A stretch of 64,000 nt of DNA from Mustelus asterias (Eukaryota), in contig NC_135801.1 in NCBI RefSeq assembly GCF_964213995.1, positions 175,832,001 through 175,896,000 on the forward strand. Direction: 5' to 3'. Below are positions 13,701 to 24,140 of the stretch, piece after piece. Below the pieces are notes generated by a model that was given only the letters and a program-made list of their open reading frames with translations, was not told where the DNA came from and did not search any database. Positions within the stretch are counted from its first letter, which is position 1. Each line of letters starts with the position of its first letter. The translations under genes were made by a program, and so were the position numbers.

Positions 13701-16700
13701 GTGAAGGTACTTGCAAAGTGCTTTTAGATATGAGTTTCCAGGATTTGGACTCATGGTTTGATTTGATTTGATTTATTGTCACATGTATTGGTATACAATG
13801 AAAAGTATTGTTTCTTGCACGCTATATAGCCATCCTCAACCGACCGTCATCTATTAACGATGAGGCGATAGGCAGGATTCCCGAGGTCGATATCAACAGC
13901 GCCATGGATGACCCACTGGTAGTAGCCGAAGTCACGAAAGCTGTTAGCCAGCTATCTAGTGGCAAAGCCCCAGGGGCAGACGCCATACCCGCAGAGATCT
14001 ACAAAGCTGTACTTATCGAGAAGCTCACCGAGTTGTTCCAGACCTTTTGGAAGCAAGGATCCATTCCTCAGGAACTTAAAGACGCTTCCATCGTACACCT
14101 CTACAAGAGGAAGGGCAATCGGCAAGTATGCGACAACCATCGAGAATCTCGCTGCTCTCCATCGCAGGAAAAACCCTCGCAAGAGTCCTGCTAAATTGTC
14201 TGGTCACTCATCTGGAGCTGGGCCTGCTTCCAGAGTCACAGTGTGGCTTCCGCAAAGGTCGCGGGACTATTGACATGATTTTTGCCGCGCGCTAACTTCA
14301 GGAGAAGTGTCAGGAGCAGAATCGCGAGCTCTACACAATCTTTGTTGACCTCGCGAAAGCCTTCAACACTGTCAGCCGACAAGGCCTGTGGAGGATCATG
14401 TCAAAGTTAGGCTGCCTCCCAAATTCATTCAGATGGTACGCCAGTTCCATGATGGCATGATGGCCAGAGTACTGGACGGCGGAGAATCCTCTGAGGCATT
14501 CCCAGTCACCAATGGTGTCAAACAGGGCTGTGTGCTCGCACCCACACTGTTCAGCATGATGTTTACTGCCATGCTGAATGATGCCTTCCAGGACAGTGTT
14601 GCTGGAATCAGCCTTAAGTACAGAGTGGATGGGAAGCTCTTCAACCTGAGGAGACTTCAAGCTATTACCAAAGTGAAGGAGACTGTTCTGAGAGACTTCC
14701 TCTTTGCCGATGACTGTGCCCTGTATACTGGCTCAGAGTAAGAAGTCTCACAACACCAGGTTAAAGTCCAACAGGTTTATTTGGTAGCAAATACCATAAG
14801 CTTTCGGAGCACTGCTCCTTCGTCAGATGGAGTGGAAATGTGCTCTCAAACAGTGCAAACAGACACAAAATCAAGTTGCAGAATACTGATTAGAATGCGA
14901 ATCCTACAGCCAGCCAGGTCTTAAAGGTACAGACAATGTGGGTGGAGGGAACATTAAACACAGGTTAAAGAGATGTGTATTGTCTCCAGACAGAATCTCC
15001 ACATACTGGCTCAGAGCCAGAGATGCAAGTCGGTATGGACAAATTTTCCACGGCTTGTGACAACTTTGGACTCACCATCAACATTAAAAAGACCGAAGTC
15101 GTGCACCAGCCTGCTCATCATGCACCGTACACAGAACCCATAATCACAATCAAAGGGCAGAAACTACAGGCAGTGGACCAGTTCACTTATCTTGGCAGCA
15201 CCCTTTCCCGAGCAGTGACTATTGATACTGAAGTCAACTGCAGAATAGCAAAGGCAAGTTCTGCTTTTGGTAAACTGCGTTCCACTGTTTGGGAATGTCG
15301 AGGAATCAGCCCAGCAACAAAACTGAAGGTCTACAGCGCCGTGGTACTCACTACCCTCCTGTATGCCTGTGAAACGTGGACTGTATATCGAAGGCATGCA
15401 AGACAGCTCAATCATTTCCACATGACTTGTCTTCGCAGAATATTGCGCATCAGATGGCAAGATAAAGTACCAGACACTGAAGTTCTCTCCAGAGCAAGTC
15501 TACCATCAGTCCACACACTGCTGATGAGAGCACAGACCCGGTGGGCAGGTCATGTCACCCGTATGCCGGACAAGCGCATACCCAAGCAGCTCCTTTTTGG
15601 GGAACTCTCTGCTGGAAGACGCTCGCATGGAGGGCAGAAGAAACGTTACAAAGACACACTCAAGGCCTCCCTGAAGTCGCTTGACAGAGACACGACCACC
15701 TGGGAAACACTGGCACAAAACCGCCCAACCTGGCGCTGCCTCATCCACAAGGGCTGCCAAGCTTATGAAGCAAGATGCAATGCTGAAGCACAACTTAAGC
15801 GCGAGCTGCGCAAGTCCAGAGCCACCAGCGCAACAACTACAGCGCCTACACAGGTTTGCCCAATATGTGCCAGGACATTCCGTGCCCGAATTGGCCTGAT
15901 CAGTCATCTTCGGACACACCGCATCCAGCCTCATAATGACTAATGGTGTCGAGGTCCTCATCGACGACGATGGACGAACAATATAGACAAAGCATACCGT
16001 TCATAAAGAAGGAAAGGAGAGGGTGCAGATATAGTGTTACAGTCATAGCTAGGGTGTCGAGAAAGGGGGTAGAGAAGGAATGATAATCAATTTTCAAGTC
16101 AGGATGGTGTGGGACTTTGGAGGGAAGTTTACCAGTGGTGGCGTTCCCACGTTCTTGCTGCCTTTGACCTTTGATTCATGGGTTTAAAAGAGTTGTTGAG
16201 GAAGCATTGGTGAGTTGCTGTAGTGAATCTTGTAGATGGCATACACTGCTGCCACGCTGCATTGAGGGTGAAAGGAATGAATGTTTAAGGTAGTGGGTGA
16301 GGTGGCAATCAAGTGGATTGTGCATGTTTGCCTCATTCCTGTATACTTATCCTGCTAAAAGTACCACATTTTAGGCTTCTCAGAAAAGCTAAATCTCAGG
16401 GGATAAAAGAAACAGTGGCAGCATGGAGATGAAATTGGCTAAGGGGCAGAAAACAGGGAGCCATGGTGAATGGCATTTCTCAAGATATGAGAAAGTATAC
16501 TGCGGAATTCACCAAGGAGCAGTGCTGTTTTTGATATAGATTGATGACTTGGACTTGAGGGTACGGAACACAATTTCAAACTTTCTAGGTGACTTGAACC
16601 TTTGGAAGTGTAGTAAACAATGAAGAAGATGGTGATGGACTTCAAGGGGACATGAGGCAATCTGGTGGAATGGACAGACTCATGGTCGATGAAATTCAAT

Positions 16701-19700
16701 GCGGAAAATTGTGAACTGATAGATTTTGGTAGGAAGAATGTGGAGAGCCATTGCAAGTTAAATTGAACAATTGTAAAGGGGATTCAAGAAAAGCTAGAGC
16801 TTCGGGTGCTTGGGCACAAATCTTTGAAGATTGCAGGACAGGTTAACAAAATAGTTAGCAGATGGATGCTAGACTTTATAAATTCAGGCATTGAGTGGAA
16901 AGGCTAGAAACCTTTCCTAAACCCACATAAAACAAGAGTTTAGATTGAGTCCAGAGCACTGTGTCCAATTCTGAGCACTTTATAAAAGGAAGTGAAGGCA
17001 TTGGCAAGGATACAGAGGAAATTCACTGGAACTGATCCAGGGATGTGGCACTGCAGTTATATGGATTGCCTGGGATTGTTCTCCTTGGAACAGCGAAGAT
17101 TAAGAGGAGATTTTATCGACTTTTAAAATCATAAAGGATTTCGATTCAGTAAATAAAGAGAAACTCTTTCCAATGTTGAATGGATAAACAGAGGGCACAC
17201 AGTTAAAGTGACTGGTAAACAGAAAACAGAGATGAGGGCAGTACAATCTTCCTCACAAAACTTGGTTCGGGATTTGGAATGCACTTTAGAGTGGTACGGG
17301 ATACAGATTCAACGGTAGCATTCAAAAGGGAATTGGGTAACTATGTGAAAGAGAAAAAAATATTGTAGGGCTACAGGGAAGGAGCAAGAGAGTGGGATGA
17401 ACTGGATTGGTCTTCAAAAGGGCTGATGCAGACTGGAGCGTTGAATGGTCTCTTGCTGTGCTGTACCATTCTATGTTTGTGTGAATTATCTGCCTTTCCC
17501 CTAGTCCTCATTCTTCCCAAACCTTGATGAGATCCTGCACCATCAACTTTGGCGTCACCTCAGCGGCACAGTGGCACAGTGGTTAGCACTGTTGCCTCAG
17601 AGTGCCAGGGACCCGGGTTCAATTCCCGGCTTGGGTCGCTGTCTGTGTGGAGTTTGCACATTCTCCCTGTGTCTGTGTGGGTTTCCTCCCGGTGCTCCGG
17701 TTTCCTCCCACAGTCCGAAAGAGGTGCTGGTTAGGTGCATTGGCCATGCTAAATTCTCCCTCAGTGCACCCGAACAGCGCTGGAGTTGGCGGAGCTGGAA
17801 TTGGCTATTAGGAGATTTTCACAGTAACTTCATTGCAGTGTTAATGTGAGCCTACTTGCGACACTAGTAAATAAAATAAACATTCGATACACATGCCTTA
17901 GCCATTTTGCCCGGCCAGTTACGGACATACGAATATCCCCCACTCCCGCCCTCCAACCATGTCTATTTAATAAGCCACCACACTTCAAAGTGATTCAACC
18001 ACCTGAAGCACATGTGAGATGTGGCAAGGCGCTACATCAATGCGGATCTTGTTGCTAATTGCAACTACAAATTAACACTCTAAAATGATATTTACACTTA
18101 AACGTTGACGCTACCAACAGCCTCTTTCCCCGCTTTTAAACCCTTTTCTTTAAATGGAATTAATTGTAATACCGACCTATTTCTTAATTGATGCTGACAG
18201 CGTCTCCGGCGGGGTCCTAGAAAAAATAGAGAAACAGGTCAGGTTTGCAACCAGAGGGGGGGGGGGGGGGGGGGGTGAAATTTCCAAATTAAATCGAAAA
18301 CAAAAAAGAAAACGAGAAGAAAGTGAACCAGCTTACTTCTGCAATAACCGATGGAGACGACAATCAGAGCGAGGAGCAAGAAAAAGGCGCCGCCAGCCAA
18401 AGGAGCCCAGATGATGATGTGACAGGACAATTCATCTTTACTGGTCACTGCTGTAAATGAAAAAATCTATATTGACGCAATAATTTGTTACGTGGATGTC
18501 AAGGCAAATGTGTCGAAAATTTACACGCAAGTCCAATTCAACTATTCTTTGTTGAGTAATTATTTCAATAGAATATTAATTGGGAGAGAATTATCCACTG
18601 TCACATTTAACAAATTTAAATGATAATAAGATTTACAGCAGAGGGAACTTCCCCAAATCTACACCTTTAGAATCTGTACAATGTAGGAAATTAGAAGCAC
18701 AGTAGATGCTATCAGCAGATTTTTATCTGCTGTTTTCGCCCTGAGAAACAGTCTCCTCACTCAGTGATAAAAATCCAGATATTCAATCACCCAAATCTAG
18801 CGGACAGACTTCCCACCATAGGATCAGGAGTGGGCCATTCAGCCCGCTCCGCCATTCAATGGCTGGTCTACCTCAATAACATTGTCTTGCACTGTTCCTG
18901 TATTCCCTTGGGTGTTTTGAATATGTAGAAATCTATCGATCTCTATCTGGAACATACTCAATAATGACTGAGCCTTCTCTGGAGGGTAGAGGATTTATCT
19001 CACCCAGGTAAAGCAACCGGGCTGTTGACGGTACAGCAGAGGTAGGTTTTGTAATGGACCTTTGTAATATTCTATTGCATCATTCAGAAAGGTTTTAATC
19101 CCAATTTCCTATCTATATTCTTCCAACTAAACTTATTTAAAATCGCCCCGATTAAACCTGAGTGCTTGTGTCAGGCGGGGTTGGGTTGAGACATTCGATC
19201 AGGTTGGGGTTGAATTGCCCAATGTGGGTTACTGTCAGATCAGCGCTGGTTAAGACATTCACACATAAAACCCTGGTCCATTGGTGTTAGGTGATGGTAA
19301 TGCCTCTCAAATATAGCCCAACGTGGTGTCGGCCTTGAAATAAGGCAGGTGGTCGCAGTGATATTAGGACACTGCTACCTTTTCTGCTAAAACATAATGC
19401 GTGCTGACCGATTGGCACCGGCGGTGGGGGTTATCCAGGGGACCAGACGCCAAAGACACGTAGGGAGAAAGGAGAATCTTTTACTGTCAGCCCCTGAAAT
19501 GCCATCTCCTCACTCGGTGGGGATGGCCCATCTCCCACCCCAGGAAGAAAGAGCCGGCCAGATTTCCAGAGAACAAACCGCTGAATTCTGCCTTTAAAGA
19601 AAGCGTGTCTCGGGTAAAGCACACAGCCCTTATCGAATAGAGCTCCACCTCACGCCTGAGCGACCAAAAGGTTATTTTTACAGATTGGGGTAAATTATCA

Positions 19701-22700
19701 CTTTTTGTGCACAGGACTTTTGGGCCAGCAAGGCCCAAAAATTAAATTATATGTGGCTGTTTTGGGCAGTAAAGCCTCTCGCACAAGGAGCTTACGCCAG
19801 TTTTGACCACAATCCTCAAGAGAAATATAAAGGAAGTCTGACAGACCAAGCCCATACACATCGGGTGGATCTCTGTACTCACACGGCAAACCTAACTCAT
19901 AGAGTTTTACGGTACAGAAAAAGGGATCTTCGGCCCATCATGTCTGCACTGGCAATCTAGCACCTATTTATTCTAATCCCATTTTCCAGCACTTGATGTA
20001 TAGCCTTGAATACAACGGCGTTTCAAGCGCTCATCTAAATGCTTCTGAAATGTTGCGAGGGTCCCTGCCTCTACCGCTCTTTCAGGCAGTGAGTTCCAGA
20101 TTCCCACCACCCTCTGGGGGAGAATGGTTTTTCCTCAAATCCCCTCTAAACTTAACCATAACTTAAATCTATGTCCCCCTGGTTATTGACACACCGTAAG
20201 ACGCCTCACAACACCAGGTTAAAGTCCAACAGGTTTATTTGGTAGCAAAAGCCACTAGTTTTCGGAGCGCTGCCCTTTAGTCAGGTGAGTGGGAATTCTG
20301 TTCACAAACAGGGCATATAAAGACACAAACTCAATTTACAAAATAATGGTTGGAATGCGAGTCTTTACAGGTAATCAAGTCTTAAAGGTACAGACAATGT
20401 GAGTGGAGAGAGAGTTAAGCACAAGTTAAAGAGATCTCCACATATTGACATATATATAATCTCCACATATTGACACACCGCCAGCGAAACACAGAGAGAA
20501 CCATCGCTCCCATTTCGCCAATGTTTCTTTTAACACTGATGCTAACTTGGAGGCAACTTCTAACTAGCAACATGGTGAATGGGTTTGTGAACATTGCCAT
20601 TGCTCCGGTACGTCTAAAGTCACAAGAGAGCATGAAGGGTACATTCTTCAAGACGATGACAGATTAGCAGAACTGGCATAGCAAAACAGTCCAAAAATGT
20701 GCGGGTTAGGTTGATTGGCCATGCTAAATTAACCCTAGTGTCGGGGGACTAGCTAGAGTAAATATGTGGGGTTGCGAGAATAGGGCCTGGGTGGGATTGT
20801 AGTCGGTGCAGACTCCATGGGCCGAATGGCCTCCTTCTGCACTGTAGGGATTCTATGGGTTGCAAAAAGGAATCTGGGGAGGGAGACAGGGTGAAAGTAG
20901 ATTTATTGGTGTCAAAAATAGAATGACTGGGAGAAAGATAAGTTCTAGTTAAGAAATCGCTGTAGGAGGCCGTCTGTTTAAGAGGGCAGCTCACCACCAC
21001 CGTCTGAAGGCGAATTAGGGATAGGCAAGAAATGCTGGCCTGGCCAGTGAAGCCCGCGTCCCAGGAAGACCTCACTGGGAGTGAAGCGGGGATTGTGTGA
21101 AATGTCCTCATCAATTGTTGAGAATGGAGGCTTTGTCGCAGACGTGTAGATCGTTGCATATTTTAAGGGTAATATTTTTTTTACAAAAGGGAAACAGAGA
21201 ATACAGGGAGAGAGGGGGAAAGTGGGGAAGTGGAATTAATGTTGGGCTGTTCTGGGAAAGAACGACGATGGCCCGAATTGCCTCCTCCTTTAACTTCCGG
21301 AGCGATCGAATGAACTGGGTGACTTGAGACTTAACAATGTATCCTTAATGCGCGAATATAGTAACCGTTACACCAATCCTGCCTCTGGGGAAAAAGGGAT
21401 TTAATATTAACTTTTGCGGGTTGGGGATTAGTATGAACAAGTCTGCTTTGTACCTGATTCTGATGGACGGCATGTCGTCGTTTCTTTGTACTCCGGTGTG
21501 TTTAATGTTGTCTTCTTCGTGATGCGGGTGGTCGTTGGCTTTGGTGTGGTTGCTTTCTCTGCATTTAGACAGTAAGTAACATTTAGGGAGGGAAAAAGAG
21601 ACGTGGATTTAGATGGTGAAAAAAAGGTAGGTCCAGTTTAAACATTAAAACGTAGAAACTCATCCAACGAGTGGAATAAAGTTTTTTTTTAAAGTTTATT
21701 TATTAGTCACAAGTATGCTTACATTAACACTGCAATGAAGTGACTGTGAAATTCCCCTAGAGGATTTATGAAGGGGACAATTAAATAGATTAAAACTGTC
21801 CAAGGTTTTCTCCAATGACAACATTCTGCATCCCCCTTTCCCCTCCACTTTTACCACGGTGGCGGGGGGGGGGGGGGGGGGTGTTGCGGGGGGAGGGGGG
21901 GTATGTAGGACTCTGAACACTGAAACATGTTAATATCAATAGCTCCATAATTGATGGAAACTGCGGCCTCACAGCGTCAGGGACCCAGGTTCAATTCCCG
22001 GCTTGTGTCACTGTCTGTGGGGAGTCTGCACATTCTCCCCGTGTCTGCGTGGGTTTGCGCCGGATGCTCCGGTTTCCTCCCACAGTCCAAAGTTGTGCAG
22101 GTTAGATGCAGTGGCTATGCTAAATTCTCCCTCAGTGTACCTGAACAGGTGCCAGAGTGTGGCGACTAGGGGATTTTCACAGTAACTTCATTGCAGTGTT
22201 AATAAATAACTTTTTTTTACTTTTCTCACAACACCAGGTTAAAGTGTGAGATTTCTTACTGTGCCCACCCCAGTCCAATGCCGGCATCTCCGCAACCATT
22301 TTACTGACCTTCTAGGTAGACCTCTGTGGTATGCCCGAACACCATGACCATGTTTTTCACCATGAAACAGTAATACTTCCCAGAGTCTTCCTTTCTGAAA
22401 TCCTTGACCATCAAATGGACTTTGCTGGATGACCTTCCTGCAGTGTATTTTGCGCTATTTGCAGGCATTGTTCTGCCACTGCCAGAGATGTACACCAGGG
22501 ATACCGGGTTCCGATCCTCTCCCTGCCAGAACCAATATACCCCCTCGTCGGCTTTGAGTGAGCACGGAATGGTGGTGTGGCCTTGTTCCTTCGCCCTCAG
22601 ACGAGGGAAGGAAGCCATGGCTGCAAAAAATAAAATAGCAACATCTGTAACATTGGCCCCGTGTCCTCCTGTAGGATTCTTTTTGGATGAAAGCAATGAA

Positions 22701-23819
22701 CCCCATCCATAAGCGGCACGGTGGTTATCACTGCCACCTCACAGCGCCAGGGACCCGGATTCCCAACTTGGGTCACTGTCTGTGCAGAGTCTGCATGTTC
22801 TACCTGTGTCTGCATGGGTTTCCTCCGGGTGCTCTGGTTTCCTCCCACAGTCTGAAAGACGTGCTGGCCATGCTAAATTCTCCCTCAGTGTACCCGAACA
22901 GGCGCCGGAATGTGGTGACTCGGGGATTTTCACAGTAACTTCATTCCAATGTTAATGTAAGCCTATTTGTGACTAATAAACAAACTTTAACTTCAGTCAT
23001 TTAAGGTGCAGGCGGAGGCCATTTGGCCCCGATCGCTCATGCCACATCACTGGGGGGGATATGTAGGGCTCTGAACATTGGAGCATGTTCATATCAATAG
23101 CTCCATAATTGATGGAAACTGACTGCCTGGCTCCGTTCAACAGACCTCGGTGTTAAATACACAGTCCCACGTTATTTTATTAACGAATCCTCCGCCGAGT
23201 GCGACAGTCTTGGGGAGAGCAGCGGAAGGCCAATCGGCCCTGAAGGAATTATCCAATTTCCTGGTATATAGCCCCCACAGAGCTTCAATTTCAACGACTC
23301 AAGAACAGCTTCTTCCCTTGCTGCTGCCATCGACTTTTGAATGGACCTACCTTGCATTAAGTTGATCTTTCTCTACACCCTAGCTATGACTGTAACACTA
23401 CATTCTGCACTCTCTCCTTTCCTTCTCTATGAACGGTGTGTTTTGTCTGAATAGCGTGCGAGAAACAATACTTTTCACTATACTAATACATGTGGCAATA
23501 ATAAATCAAATCAAAAAACTTGTTCCTTCTCCAGATTTTATTTTGCCAACAAGAAAATGAGAAATAGGAATCCTTCATTCGATTGAATCTCCCATTATCT
23601 GAGAGGCATGATTTGATGTAAAGATAACTGTTTTTGTTTGTAACCTTCTGGGTTAACCGGCCGCGTCCCGTCACTTAGCAATTGGTATATTTTCCCTTTC
23701 CCAAACAGCCGAGTTACCCGAATCTTTACGGGGCGGATAATAGAAGGCGGATTTTGCGGCATGGAGGGGGGTCGCTTACCTGACACTCGGATGACGAGGA
23801 GGAATCCAAGAAGTTTCAT
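7670..23819 (-). CDS. CD8A: T-cell surface glycoprotein CD8 alpha chain, 6 coding exons, 218 aa
   Basis: Exons of 40+312+105+114+40+46 nt (657 nt) have GT-AG boundaries and consistent phases. Protein: MKLLGFLLVIRVSAMASFPRLRAKEQGHTTIPCSLKADEGVYWFWQ...DSGKYYCFMVKNMVMVFGHTTEVYLE-EKATTPKPTTTRITKK...CRPSES-AVTSKDELSCHIIIWAPLAGGAFFLLLALIVVSIGYCR-RPRRRRCQHQLRN-RPMAEEFRKPTNGYY*. The WAPLAG TM motif and the exon layout are diagnostic of CD8A. Confidence 0.93.
7855..8950. mobile_element. CR1 fragments (3' end on +, RT piece on -) with a SINE inserted at 8531-8833
   Basis: FSQRVVNLWN motif on +; HGFMKGKSCLTNL..YLDFQK on -. Confidence 0.85.
9218..10987 (-). mobile_element. Young 5'-truncated CR1 LINE with open RT ORF (565 aa)
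   Basis: ORF 9286-10983 with KSPGPD, NYRPVSLTS, QHGF, YMDFSKAFDKVPH, GVPQGSVLGP, FADD and RPHLEYCVQFWSP motifs; 3' tail ending ttcta; TSD-like ttaatat on both sides. Confidence 0.95.
14739..15002 (-). mobile_element. Penelope-like element terminal fragment inserted in the RTE
   Basis: 14-bp TSD atactggctcagag; hammerhead core; same sequence family as 20197-20467 and 51401-51621. Confidence 0.75.
14797..14826 (-). ncRNA. Minimal hammerhead ribozyme core (Penelope type)
   Basis: Minus strand CTGACGA-a-GGAGC-agt-GCTCC-GAAA-gctta matches CUGANGA + stem II + GAAA. Confidence 0.6.
16375..17475 (+). mobile_element. Old decayed CR1 LINE
   Basis: Degenerate RT C-terminal and 3' tail similarity to the younger CR1 copies. 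Confidence 0.7.
17562..17880 (+). repeat. HE1/V-SINE-like SINE (tail B)
   Basis: Same family. Confidence 0.85.
18177..18216 (-). CDS. CD8A: CD8A exon 5 (cytoplasmic, RPRRRRCQH motif)
   Basis: ttttttctag acceptor, TAG|gtcggt donor, 40 nt, phase 1-2; basic stretch plus CxH. Confidence 0.88.
18337..18450 (-). CDS. CD8A: CD8A exon 4 (transmembrane)
   Basis: SCHIIIWAPLAGGAFFLLLALIVVSIGYCR resembles mammalian [26 protein letters not shown]; tttacag acceptor, GAA|gtaagc donor. Confidence 0.93.
20197..20467 (-). mobile_element. Penelope-like terminal fragment in CD8A intron 3
   Basis: 13-bp TSD tattgacacaccg; mutated hammerhead core. Confidence 0.72.
21454..21558 (-). CDS. CD8A: CD8A exon 3 (Thr/Pro/Lys-rich hinge with Cys)
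   Basis: tgcag acceptor, CAG|gtac donor, 105 nt, phase 1-1; EKATTPKPTTTRITKKTTLNTPEYKETTTCRPSES. Confidence 0.88.
21961..22210 (+). repeat. HE1/V-SINE-like SINE (tail B), 5'-clipped
   Basis: Same family. Confidence 0.8.
22309..22620 (-). CDS. CD8A: CD8A exon 2 (Ig V-set domain)
   Basis: ttttttgcag acceptor, GAAG|gtcagt donor; B-strand Cys (IPC), C-strand Trp (VYWF), DSGKYYC, FGxxT J-like strand. Confidence 0.93.
22713..22990 (+). repeat. HE1/V-SINE-like SINE (tail B)
   Basis: Same family. Confidence 0.85.
23780..23819 (-). CDS. CD8A: CD8A exon 1 (leader peptide MKLLGFLLVIRVS)
   Basis: ATG in ACCATGA context; ends CAG|gtaagc; phase 1. Confidence 0.85.
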
Positions 23820-24140
23820 GGTATTGCAGTGAACGAAGGCGATCGAGACAAGTAGATGTTTGCCAAGGCGAGGAGCGGATCCCTCACTGCAGCAAGCACT
23901 CCCCACACTGCTTCAGGGCGTGAGGTCACCGCCTCGGTGGGCGTTTTCTAACAAGTAAAAGATCCCCCATAAACATTCATGTCGAGTGAGTTTTATAGCC
24001 TACCACTCGGGAGGGAATTCAATCTGGGACCAATGGATCTCAAACGCCAGCGTTGTTTGAGCGGGTTGGTGTAACGGATACATTAACGATAGTTACTAAT
24101 CTACAATGATTACTTCTGTCACTGGAACCACAACGAACGA
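23820..24140 (-). promoter_or_regulatory. Putative CD8A 5'UTR/proximal promoter
   Basis: Locally GC/CpG-richer non-repeat sequence immediately upstream of the ATG; RUNX consensus AACCACA at 24126-24132. Confidence 0.45.

Larger units (their letters stand above)
13830..15980 (+). mobile_element. 5'-truncated RTE-clade LINE
   Basis: GKAPGAD, GVKQGCVLAPTLF, FLFADDCAL, FTYLGSTLS and RWAGHV motifs; C-terminal C2H2 CPICARTFRARIGLISHLRTH; TSD atatag at 13824-13829 and 15981-15986. Confidence 0.92.

Noticed and set aside
22404-22712. 102-aa plus-strand ORF
   Set aside because: Antisense to the CD8A IgV exon
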